Under the pieces are notes generated by a model, which worked only from the letters and a program-made list of their open reading frames with translations, had not been told where the DNA came from and did not search any database. From the NCBI GenBank assembly GCA_964370265.1, contig CAYJIP010000002.1:52620-116619 (forward strand): DNA of 64,000 bases, read 5' to 3'. This DNA comes from an uncultured Clostridium sp. (GTDB taxonomy: Bacteria; Bacillota; Clostridia; TANB77; CAG-508). Shown here piece by piece: positions 18,858 to 28,460 of the stretch. The first letter of the stretch is position 1, and every line of letters starts with the position of its first letter. The translations under genes were made by a program, and so were the position numbers.

Positions 18858-20210
18858 CTAATAAAGTACAGACCTAAAACCTATAACGCCATCAGTATTA
18901 GTGGGATAGTCGTTGTAGCTGTATGACGCTGGATGGACCGAACCATTGCTGTCGTAATCACCTCCACGATTAACCGCTGGAAAGTTAGTGCTAGAGTTTG
19001 TTTCTAATGTCCATTCCCATACATTTCCTGCTATGTCATTTATATTTAATATTTCCGAATTTCCTACTTCTCCTGCTGTTCCTATTCCACTTAATGTATC
19101 ATTAGAAGCAGTTCCTGTATAATTCCCTATAGTTGTACTATCGTTATTTAATGTTGCTACAGGTATGCTTCCTCTAATTTCCATAAATTTAAGTATTAAA
19201 TCCCATTGGAATCCAAACATTAAACTTCCTGTTGTTCCTTCTAAATTCATACTTTCTGCTTTAGTTTGAGAATTTTCTTTATTTATATTAATATATATCG
19301 TAGCTCCATATCCTGATACAGGTGTATTTGCAACTCCAGCTACTGTTGCATTTCCAACTTCATATCTTGATACCCAGAATCCTTCTTTTTCATATATACT
19401 TTTTAATACTGCATTTTTTTGTGTATTATATGTGTCTTCACTTGTAAATACTCCTGAATTAGCTCTATATTCATCTGAATACGTATAATTTCCATATTTC
19501 GGTGTCTTATATTCTGATGTATAGCTATTTATATTTTCCTCTATTTTTGTATAATCAGTTGATGATGTTACTCCTGAATTAATACTATCTTGTGGTACTT
19601 CTACCCATACCCATTCATTGTTATTTTTATTTGTATCAACCATTACTAAACCTTCATTTACACTATCTTCTGTTTCTTCTGTTGATACTTTACCACCTTC
19701 TGGTATTAATACTGTTTTTCCATCTGGATCAGTATATTCTTCTCCACCTGCTCCTGCTACATCACCTTTTGCTAATCCTTCTGTATCAGTTCCTGTTCCT
19801 CCTGAACTTGTTTCTCCAGGTTTTTTAACTTCTACTTCATATCCATTCATTTCTACTTTTATTGGATATTGAGTGTCTAATATATCTGTTGTTGTACTTG
19901 GTATATCTGAACCATCTGCTCCTGTTATTTTTGTTGCTCCTTCTTTAAATAGTTCTTCTACCATTGTTTTTTCATTTACTTTTCCTGTATTGTCATAACT
20001 TCCTAATATTGCTAATGTTACTTTTTCTTCTGCTTCTGCTCTTGCTGTTTCTTCTCCTGCTTTTGTTGCTTGAGTTAATATTCCATTTTCTCCTGTTAAC
20101 ATTGCTATTGATACTCCTGCTAATATTAGAAGTACAATTATTGTTATTACTAAGCTTATTAATGTAATACCTTTAGTTTGTTTTAAACTTATTTTTGTTT
20201 TTTCTTTCAT
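18858..20210 (-). CDS. DGR variable (target) protein: prepilin-like N-terminal TM segment + FGE/sulfatase-modifying-factor-like C-type lectin domain
   Basis: N-terminus MKEKTKISLKQTKGITLISLVITIIVLLILAGVSI (pilin-like). C-terminal motifs GFWVSRYEVG, FGFQWDLILKFM, AGNVWEWT, NRGGDY, IGFRSVLY. The VR occupies the last ~44 codons. Confidence 0.9.
   Translation of the reverse strand: MKEKTKISLKQTKGITLISLVITIIVLLILAGVSIAMLTGENGILTQATKAGEETARAEAEEKVTLAILGSYDNTGKVNEKTMVEELFKEGATKITGADGSDIPSTTTDILDTQYPIKVEMNGYEVEVKKPGETSSGGTGTDTEGLAKGDVAGAGGEEYTDPDGKTVLIPEGGKVSTEETEDSVNEGLVMVDTNKNNNEWVWVEVPQDSINSGVTSSTDYTKIEENINSYTSEYKTPKYGNYTYSDEYRANSGVFTSEDTYNTQKNAVLKSIYEKEGFWVSRYEVGNATVAGVANTPVSGYGATIYININKENSQTKAESMNLEGTTGSLMFGFQWDLILKFMEIRGSIPVATLNNDSTTIGNYTGTASNDTLSGIGTAGEVGNSEILNINDIAGNVWEWTLETNSSTNFPAVNRGGDYDSNGSVHPASYSYNDYPTNTDGVIGFRSVLY
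18865..18996 (-). repeat. DGR variable repeat (VR)
   Basis: See TR. Lies inside the 3-prime end of ORF 18858..20210. 16 substitutions relative to the TR, all at TR adenines, changing 13 residues. Confidence 0.95.
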
Positions 20211-20398
20211 TCTTATTTTCCTTTCTTTCGTATTTTTTGTTTTGTCTTTCTCTTTTTGTTTGATTTTTTGTTTTTACTTTGTTGTCTTTATTCTTACTCG
20301 TTTTGATAAATATATATTAATCACATCTTAATATTATATATTTTCTCTAAAGATATTAATTTTTCAATGTTCATTACATATATTTATCTCACACAAGT

Positions 20399-20427
20399 AT
20401 TATATCTCTAATATTTTTCAATTACAA
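20399..20427 (-). promoter_or_regulatory. candidate sigma-A promoter for the DGR target gene
   Basis: Minus strand TTGTAA - 17 nt - TATAAT, about 190 nt upstream of ATG 20210. Chance matches are common in AT-rich DNA. Confidence 0.3.
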
Positions 20428-20474
20428 TATTTTATATTATTTTTTTGATAATTTTTAATATATTTTTCACATTG

Positions 20475-20512
20475 AAAAAAGTAGATAGTTTTTATACTTA
20501 TCTACTCTTTTT
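20475..20512 (-). terminator. terminator hairpin downstream of 20517..21113
   Basis: agtagata / tatctact stem flanked by A- and T-runs. Confidence 0.6.
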
Positions 20513-20516
20513 GTTT

Positions 20517-21113
20517 TTAGTTATATACCACTCTATTTTCATTTGCTTCTATTTCTGTTACTTCAATTATCTCTATTACTGGATAATCTGCTACACCTTC
20601 TTGTTTCTTTATACGAATTGTTCCTTTTATTTTTAACCATACATCATTTTCATATTGTAAAATATTTTCTCCATCTGCTGATACAGCTTCAAACCCAACA
20701 ACATATGCGTCATACCCACAACAATAGTATTCTCTTCCTACAACAGTACTATTTGTTGGTGCATGGTTATATACAAAACCTTCATATTCTATTGTTTTCC
20801 CTTCATATTCTGCACAATTCAAATATATATCGTTTAATTCTGTCATAAACCATTGTTCATTTATTTCTATATAATCTCCTGTATTATCTAGTGTTACTGA
20901 TTCTAATTCTTCTAGTTTAGGTTGACTTGTTTCTTCATTATCATTAACAGAAAATGCACCATTAACTATATTTTCTTCTACATTTTGAGCAGTTACTATT
21001 TTTTGTATTTCTTCTAAGTTTGATATATTTTTATTTAATACCAAAATTCCTGTTACAATTAAAGTTAGAATTGCTATTAACAGTATTATGAATAAAATTT
21101 TCTTGTTTGCCAT
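20517..21113 (-). CDS. DUF1980/TIGR03943-like membrane-anchored protein (metal-transport associated)
   Basis: N-terminal TM. C-terminal pattern YEGKTIEYEGFVY...REYYCCGYDAYVVGF...WLKIKGTI resembles the DUF1980 C-terminal domain (CC..DA motif). Last gene of the znu operon. Confidence 0.55.
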   Translation of the reverse strand: MANKKILFIILLIAILTLIVTGILVLNKNISNLEEIQKIVTAQNVEENIVNGAFSVNDNEETSQPKLEELESVTLDNTGDYIEINEQWFMTELNDIYLNCAEYEGKTIEYEGFVYNHAPTNSTVVGREYYCCGYDAYVVGFEAVSADGENILQYENDVWLKIKGTIRIKKQEGVADYPVIEIIEVTEIEANENRVVYN

Positions 21114-21127
21114 TTTACCTCTTTCGA

Positions 21128-21949
21128 CTATTCATTAATTATTTTATCTAATAGAGTAAATATTATAAATAGTATTAAATTTACAATTACAATCATTGAT
21201 CCAGTGCTTATACCAAATATATATGATAAAAGAACTCCTGTAAAAAATGATAATACACTAATTATTACTGAACTCAATATTACTTTTCTAAAGGTTTTAA
21301 ATAACCTCATAGAAGTAAGTGCTGGGAATATTATGATACTACTAATTAATAGTGTTCCCATCATTCTCATTCCAACAACTATTGTTACAGCTGTTAAAAC
21401 TGCAAGTAAAGTTGTGTATCTACTAGTTTTTAATCCGCTTGCTCTTCCAAAATCTTCATCAAATGTTATTATAAATATTTTCCTATAATATATTATAAAT
21501 AAAAGTACAACTACTATACTTACACCTACACTTAAATATACATCTGCTGCTGTCATTGCTAATATACTACCAAACATAAAATTACAAATGTCTGTATTTA
21601 AGCCTGTGGTTAAGTCTGTTATCATAACACCTATTGCAAGTGCTGAACTTGATATTAATGCAATACTACTATCTGCTTTCATTTTTTTGCTGTTTCCTAC
21701 TTTTAAAAGAACTATTGCTGTTATTATAACACCTGGTATTGATATGTATAATGGTGAGGCAAATCCAAATACTGTAGAAACAGTTAATATTGCAAATCCC
21801 ACATGTGATAATCCATCTCCAAGCATACTATATCTTTTTAGTACTAAGCTTACACCTAGTAGAGCTGCACAGATACTAACAAGTACTCCTACTATTATTG
21901 CTCTTTGCATAAATGTATGTTCCATCATATCTACGATTATTTCTAACAT
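21128..21949 (-). CDS. znuB: metal (zinc) ABC transporter permease, ABC-3 family
   Basis: 273-aa polytopic protein of ZnuB/MntB type. Overlaps the ATPase gene stop. Confidence 0.85.
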   Translation of the reverse strand: MLEIIVDMMEHTFMQRAIIVGVLVSICAALLGVSLVLKRYSMLGDGLSHVGFAILTVSTVFGFASPLYISIPGVIITAIVLLKVGNSKKMKADSSIALISSSALAIGVMITDLTTGLNTDICNFMFGSILAMTAADVYLSVGVSIVVVLLFIIYYRKIFIITFDEDFGRASGLKTSRYTTLLAVLTAVTIVVGMRMMGTLLISSIIIFPALTSMRLFKTFRKVILSSVIISVLSFFTGVLLSYIFGISTGSMIVIVNLILFIIFTLLDKIINE

Positions 21950-22629
21950 TATTTAGCACCTCCTAAATATGCTTCTGGTGTACCATTATATTTAATTGTA
22001 CCTTCTTGTAATTCAACTACTTTATCTGCACATTTTAAACTTCTATCTATATCATGTGATATCATAATTATTGTACAATTAAAGTCTTTTTTTAATTTTT
22101 CTAATAGTTCATATATCTGTATTGATATTTTTTGATCTAAACCATTTGTTGGTTCATCTAATATTAATACTTTACTATCTGCACATAATGCTCTTGCTAT
22201 TAAAACTCTTTGCTGTTGTCCTCCTGATAATTCTGCAAAAGATTTATGTCTTATATCATATATTTCTAAATCCTTCATTATTTTAGTTGCATGTTCTTTA
22301 TCTTGTTTTTTATAAAAAATTTTGTTTAAACTTTTTGCTATTGCTCCTGATAATACAACTTCTTTAACAGATGCTGGAAAATCTGATTGTATATTCATTC
22401 TTTGTGGTAAATATCCAACTCTTTCACTTATTTTTATCTCACCACAATATCCTTTTATTAATCCTAAAACACATTTAATCAATGTGCTTTTTCCTGATCC
22501 ATTAGCACCTATTATACAAGTAAATTTACCTTCTTCGATTTCTAAATTTATATTTTTTAATGTATCATGTCTGTTTATATATCCAAATGATACATCTTTT
22601 ATCTCTATTATATTTATATTCATATTCAT
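21949..22629 (-). CDS. znuC: metal (zinc) ABC transporter ATP-binding protein
   Basis: GANGSGKSTL, LSGGQQQRVLIARAL, LILDEPTNGLD. Confidence 0.9.
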   Translation of the reverse strand: MNMNINIIEIKDVSFGYINRHDTLKNINLEIEEGKFTCIIGANGSGKSTLIKCVLGLIKGYCGEIKISERVGYLPQRMNIQSDFPASVKEVVLSGAIAKSLNKIFYKKQDKEHATKIMKDLEIYDIRHKSFAELSGGQQQRVLIARALCADSKVLILDEPTNGLDQKISIQIYELLEKLKKDFNCTIIMISHDIDRSLKCADKVVELQEGTIKYNGTPEAYLGGAK

Positions 22630-22657
22630 TCAATCTCTTTCTAATACCTTTTATTCA

Positions 22658-23659
22658 CTATTTAAGTGCTTTTTCTAATACAGATATATTTTTTTGCATT
22701 AAACTTACCCATGTTTCTCCATTTTCAAAATTATCTTTTGTTAGATTGTGTAATGTTTGTAATTGTATTGCTTCACTTCCATTATTAGCTTCTTCTACAA
22801 TTAAATTTGCAATTCTTCCATCATTCATTTCAGTATATATTACCACTGGTATATTTTCATTTTTCACAACATCAACTAAGTATTCTATTGTTTTACTACT
22901 TGGTTCTGTTTCTGTACTACACCCTTGAAAAGCTGCTGATACATCTAAGTCATAATATTCTATAAAATACTGCATTGGCATTTTATCTCCAAATACTAAT
23001 TTATTTCTTGTTTTTGTATCTAAAACCTCTTTTATTTGGTTATCAACTTCTTTTATTTGATTTATATATTCTTCTGCATTTGCTTTATATTTTTCCGAAT
23101 TTTCTGTATCAATACTTGATAATTGTTTTTCTAATTCTTGTACCATCAATATTGCATTTTCTGGTGATGTCCAGATATGTGAATCAAAAGAAAACTCTTC
23201 GTGTACATGTTCTTCTTCGTCATGATTGTGTTCTTCTTCGTCATGAGCATGTCCATGTTCTGCACCTTCAATTTCAATTTCTTCTTGTAATGTTATTGCA
23301 TTTGAAATTTGTACTATTTTTTGTTCTGGTTTTTCTAAAGTTTCTACAATTTTATCTGACCATTGTTCTAAATCTCCACCTATATATACAAACATATCTG
23401 AATCCTGCATTGCTATCATATCTTGTGGTGTTGGATCATATGTGTGACTATCTTTACCTGGACCTAATATAAAATTCAATTCAACACTATCTGTGTCTTT
23501 TGTAATTGCTCTTAAAAAATCATAACTTGCAAAATTACTTACAACAACATTTATTTTACCATTATCTTGATTTTTATTTACGTTTAAATTTAGAGCTATA
23601 ACTGTTACTATTCCTATTATTATAGCTGCTAATAAGATTATTAAAAATACTTTTTTCAT
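22658..23659 (-). CDS. znuA: zinc ABC transporter substrate-binding protein with His/acidic-rich loop
   Basis: Cluster-9 SBP layout with the loop AEHGHAHDEEEHNHDEEEHVHEE typical of ZnuA. N-terminal TM/signal. Confidence 0.85.
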   Translation of the reverse strand: MKKVFLIILLAAIIIGIVTVIALNLNVNKNQDNGKINVVVSNFASYDFLRAITKDTDSVELNFILGPGKDSHTYDPTPQDMIAMQDSDMFVYIGGDLEQWSDKIVETLEKPEQKIVQISNAITLQEEIEIEGAEHGHAHDEEEHNHDEEEHVHEEFSFDSHIWTSPENAILMVQELEKQLSSIDTENSEKYKANAEEYINQIKEVDNQIKEVLDTKTRNKLVFGDKMPMQYFIEYYDLDVSAAFQGCSTETEPSSKTIEYLVDVVKNENIPVVIYTEMNDGRIANLIVEEANNGSEAIQLQTLHNLTKDNFENGETWVSLMQKNISVLEKALK

Positions 23660-23682
23660 TTTTCACCTTTTCTTTCTTATTT

Positions 23683-24084
23683 TTATTCGCATTCTTTACA
23701 TTTACCAAAAAATACTATTCTTTGACCATTCACTTTAAAATTCAAGTCTTTTTCAATATCTTTGTTAATTTTTGATATTTCTTTATTTTCATAATGTTCT
23801 AATTTATTACATTCTTCACATATTAAGTGATAATGGTGTTCCTCAGAACATTTATCAGTTTTCTCGTTAAACTGATAGCAAAACCCTTGTGTATTTTCTA
23901 ATGGTTGTTTTATTATTTCACCTGTTTCAACTAGTTGATTTATTATTCTATATATAGTTGTTAAACCTATATCATCATTTATTCCATTTTTAATATCTTG
24001 AATTGATAAATGAATATTCGGATTATTCCTTAAAAATTCAATTATCATTTTCTTTTGTTTGGTATTTCGGGTTGCTTTTTTCAT
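23683..24084 (-). CDS. zur: Fur-family transcriptional repressor, probable Zur
   Basis: Winged-helix N-terminus, HHYHLICEECNK and GKCKECE (two CxxC). First gene of the znu operon. Confidence 0.8.
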   Translation of the reverse strand: MKKATRNTKQKKMIIEFLRNNPNIHLSIQDIKNGINDDIGLTTIYRIINQLVETGEIIKQPLENTQGFCYQFNEKTDKCSEEHHYHLICEECNKLEHYENKEISKINKDIEKDLNFKVNGQRIVFFGKCKECE

Positions 24085-24110
24085 TTGTCTCCTTCCTCCT
24101 TATTTTTTCT

Positions 24111-24131
24111 TATTGAAAATCATTTCCAATA
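24111..24131. promoter_or_regulatory. Fur/Zur-box-like palindrome upstream of zur-znu operon
   Basis: TATTGAAAAT-C-ATTTCCAATA, a 9/10 inverted repeat 27 nt upstream of the zur ATG. Confidence 0.5.
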
Positions 24132-24182
24132 TTATCATAAGATAAAACATATTACAAGATTTTTTAATAAAAGATTTGTAAA

Positions 24183-24224
24183 AGTAGAGAGGGAAATATT
24201 AATAATACTTCCCTCTCTACTTTT
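24183..24224. terminator. terminator hairpin downstream of rdgB
   Basis: agtagagaggga / tccctctctact 12-bp perfect stem plus T-run. Confidence 0.75.
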
Positions 24225-24242
24225 AGTTTAATTATTATGGTT

Positions 24243-24833
24243 CTAAAACAATTTTAATAGCTCTTTAATTGCAAGACCTCTATGTGATGTTGCTTCTTTT
24301 TGTTCTGCTGTCATTTCAGCATTTGTAATTCCTAAAACAGGGTTTAAGAATATAGGGTCAAACGCAAAACCGTTTGTTCCTTTTGGTTCTACAATTGTAC
24401 CGAATACATTTTTTTCAATAATAGCTGTGTCACCATTTTCAAAAATAGCTGAAATACAACAAACAAAACGAGCAGTGTCAATACCAGCTTTTTTTACATT
24501 TTCATTTACTAATTTGAAACGTTCTTCAATTGGTAATTCTTTTTTGTACCTAGCAGTATATAACCCTAATTCGTTTGGCATTGCATCTACAATAAGTCCT
24601 GAATCATCAGCAATAACTATTACATTGTTTTTACACTCAGAATGTAATGCTTTTGCTTTTAACATAGAATTTTCAATAAACGTTGTTCCTGTTTCTTCTA
24701 CATCAAAATCATATCCTAAATACTCTTTTGCACTTTTAACAATATATCCTTTTGGACTTAATTGTCTTGAAATCTCCTCAACTTTATGTGCATTTGCTGT
24801 TGCTAATACTATGATTCTTGGTTCTTTTTGCAT
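24243..24833 (-). CDS. rdgB: XTP/dITP diphosphatase (RdgB/HAM1 family)
   Basis: ATANAHKVEE, GTNGFAFDPIF, SHRGLA motifs. Confidence 0.85.
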   Translation of the reverse strand: MQKEPRIIVLATANAHKVEEISRQLSPKGYIVKSAKEYLGYDFDVEETGTTFIENSMLKAKALHSECKNNVIVIADDSGLIVDAMPNELGLYTARYKKELPIEERFKLVNENVKKAGIDTARFVCCISAIFENGDTAIIEKNVFGTIVEPKGTNGFAFDPIFLNPVLGITNAEMTAEQKEATSHRGLAIKELLKLF

Positions 24834-24969
24834 AATAATTCTCCTTTAGTTAATATTAAAAATTTTTTATATTATTTTGCGCTGTATTTATATATATTAA
24901 CATCTTAGTTAAGTTTTGTCAAATAAATATATCTCTATACTTATGTATTTATTATTCTTTCTCTGTATA

Positions 24970-25785
24970 TTAATTCTTGAAATAATTTTTCAACCACATT
25001 TCTACGCCTTTTTCATCATTAGAGCTTGTAACCGAGTCTGAATTTAATTTAATATCTTCTATAGCATTTCCCATTGCAACACCTATTCCAGTGTTTTGAA
25101 TCATTTCTAAATCATTTATAGAATCTCCAAATGAAATACTATTTTTTTCTGGGATATCATGTATTTTTGAGACTTCTGAAATAATTGCATATTTATCTAT
25201 ATTATTTTTTCTAATTTCTATCCAAGATACATGACTGTTTGAATCTTTCATAATATACATATTATATCCTTCAAGTTTATTATTTTCATTAAAGTATTTA
25301 ACTGTTTCATCATATGATTTTAAAACGACAGACATATGAATAATATCTATTTTTTCTTCTAATAATTCTTCTATATCATTATATCTAATTACATTTTTCA
25401 CACCATGTGGTGATGAATTTAACATTTTATCATAACTATATATTGATTTATCTGTTGCTATATTTAATGATTTTATATCATATTTTTTTGTTTTATAAAA
25501 TATATCTTTAACTATATCATATGAAAATTCAGCATATATTTTATTTTTATCTTTTTTAACATCATATAGTAGTCCACCTGCATTGCATGCAACATAATCT
25601 ATATAATCTAATTTACCTAAAACATCTATTGCAGCAGCATAATATCTACCTGTGTTTATCATAATAATATGACCTTGTTTTCTTAATTTTCTAAAATATT
25701 CTTTTGTACTTTCTGGAACTATTTTTTCTTCATTTAATAAAGTTCCATCTAAATCTATTGATATTATTTTTTTATCTATATTCAT
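24970..25785 (-). CDS. Cof-type HAD-IIB phosphatase (copy 1)
   Basis: IDLDGTLL (motif I), INTGR, GDSINDLEM (motif IV region). Confidence 0.85.
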   Translation of the reverse strand: MNIDKKIISIDLDGTLLNEEKIVPESTKEYFRKLRKQGHIIMINTGRYYAAAIDVLGKLDYIDYVACNAGGLLYDVKKDKNKIYAEFSYDIVKDIFYKTKKYDIKSLNIATDKSIYSYDKMLNSSPHGVKNVIRYNDIEELLEEKIDIIHMSVVLKSYDETVKYFNENNKLEGYNMYIMKDSNSHVSWIEIRKNNIDKYAIISEVSKIHDIPEKNSISFGDSINDLEMIQNTGIGVAMGNAIEDIKLNSDSVTSSNDEKGVEMWLKNYFKN

Positions 25786-25882
25786 TTCTTTTCTCCTTTA
25801 TTGCTTCATTTGTCATAATCATGGTAAGTCTATCATATATTACTAAGAAAATATATTCTAGTATTATATTTTATTATATCTC

Positions 25883-26698
25883 TTAATTCTTAAAATAATT
25901 TCTCAACCATACTTCTACACCTTTTTCATTATTAGATATTGTAATCGAATTTGCATTCTGTTTTATTTCTTCTACAGCATTTCCCATAGCAACACCTATT
26001 CCAGCATTTTGAATCATTTCTAAATCATTTATAGAATCACCAAATGAGATGGTATTTTTTTCTGATATATCATGTACTCTTGAAATTTTTGAAATAATTG
26101 AATATTTATCTATATTATTTTTTCTAATTTCTATCCAACATTCATCATTATTTGACTCTTTCATAATATACATATTATATCCTTCAAGGTTATTATTTTC
26201 ATTAAGATATTTAACAGTATCATTATATGTATTTAAATTTATGTACATATGAGTTACACATATTTTGTTTTCTAATAATTTTTCTATAGTATTATATCTT
26301 ATTGTATTCTCTCTACATTCTGTTAGCAATTTGAACATTTTATCATATGTATATATTGATTTATCTGTTGCTATATTTAATGATTTTATATTATATTTTT
26401 GTGTTCTATGGAATATTTCTTTAACTATATCATATGAAAATTCGGAATATATTTCAGTTTTTTGTTTTTTAACATCATAAATTAATCCACCAGCACTACA
26501 TGCGACATAATCTATATAATCTAATTTACCTAAAACATCCATTGCAACAGCATAATATCTACCTGTATTTATTATGATTATATGACCTTGTTTTCTTAAT
26601 TCTCTAAAATATTCTTTTGTGCTTTCTGGAACTGTTTTTTCTTCATTTAATAGCGTACCATCTAAATCGATCGATATTATTTTTTTATCTAATTTCAT
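25883..26698 (-). CDS. Cof-type HAD-IIB phosphatase (copy 2, tandem paralog)
   Basis: Same length (271 aa) and same motifs as copy 1. Roughly 75-85% identical to it by eye. Confidence 0.85.
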   Translation of the reverse strand: MKLDKKIISIDLDGTLLNEEKTVPESTKEYFRELRKQGHIIIINTGRYYAVAMDVLGKLDYIDYVACSAGGLIYDVKKQKTEIYSEFSYDIVKEIFHRTQKYNIKSLNIATDKSIYTYDKMFKLLTECRENTIRYNTIEKLLENKICVTHMYINLNTYNDTVKYLNENNNLEGYNMYIMKESNNDECWIEIRKNNIDKYSIISKISRVHDISEKNTISFGDSINDLEMIQNAGIGVAMGNAVEEIKQNANSITISNNEKGVEVWLRNYFKN

Positions 26699-26897
26699 CC
26701 TGTTCTCCTTTTATTATATCACTTGTGACAATTACGATAAGTTTATCATACGTTACTGAAAAAGTATACTATTCTATAACATAAAATAAGAATCTATCAT
26801 AATATACTGAATTAAAAGTTAAATACTTTTCAATTCAATAAATCATATCAGATTCTTATTTTTATTTAGTAATTTATTTTATATTACATTTTCTAAT

Positions 26898-27830
<933 letters not shown>

Positions 27831-27944
27831 TTATACCTCCATATTGTATTTAGTTTAATTAGAATTTAAATTTATTTTTGTACATTCCTTTAAATTCAAA
27901 GTCATTATATCACTATGCATTTAGTGTTTCAAGCAAAAAATATA

Positions 27945-27983
27945 AAAACTTATAATATTGTTTAAATGAATATTATAAGTTTT
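27945..27983. terminator. bidirectional terminator hairpin
   Basis: aaaacttataatatt / aatattataagtttt 15-bp perfect stem. Confidence 0.65.
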
Positions 27984-28028
27984 ATATTATGTTTTTATTT
28001 CTAAATTTAAATAACTTGTTTTTTCTTC

Positions 28029-28193
28029 TTATTCTAAACCTTTATAACTTAAACACATTGACTCTTCTGGTTTCTTAGCATCAAACATACTTGATGAAGA
28101 GATATTAATAGCAGTTAAATTACACATCATACATTTTTCATTATGATGAACACATGTTGCAACATCGCAATTAATTATTTTATTATCTTCCAT
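28029..28193 (-). CDS. DUF1540-like small cysteine-rich protein (54 aa), absent from the ORF track
   Basis: My translation: MEDNKIINCDVATCVHHNEKCMMCNLTAINISSSSMFDAKKPEESMCLSYKGLE. SD AGGAAGG lies 8-9 nt upstream. The C-x4-C ... C-x2-C layout resembles DUF1540. Confidence 0.6.
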   Translation of the reverse strand: MEDNKIINCDVATCVHHNEKCMMCNLTAINISSSSMFDAKKPEESMCLSYKGLE

Positions 28194-28460
28194 AATATTA
28201 CCTTCCTTTTAAATCATTATATTTATATTATGAATTTTAGTCTTAAAATTATTCTTTTTTATTATATTATTTAAAATTTTTCTTTTGATATTAAAATATC
28301 AACACTAATTAAATATTATTATTACTGATATTTACTCTTTTTATGTTATTTTATTTTTATTTACTTTAAAATATATATGTTATTATTTTTTTAAATACTA
28401 ATTATTTTTAAATTTGTATATACTTCTAATTATTAATTATTATTTATTATTTATTATTTA

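Noticed and set aside
19592-20167. Plus-strand Leu-rich ORFs (19592..19828, 19618..19872, 19964..20167) antisense to the DGR target
   Set aside because: Low-complexity shadow ORFs created by the codon bias of the minus-strand gene. They have no SD or motifs.
16188-20516. Prophage origin of the DGR
   Set aside because: No structural, lysis or integrase genes and no att-like repeats are visible. The target is a cellular pilin-like protein rather than a tail fibre.
23205-23260. Direct DNA repeat gttcttcttcgtcatga x2 in znuA
   Set aside because: It simply encodes the duplicated HDEEEH units of the ZnuA His-rich loop and is not a separate element.
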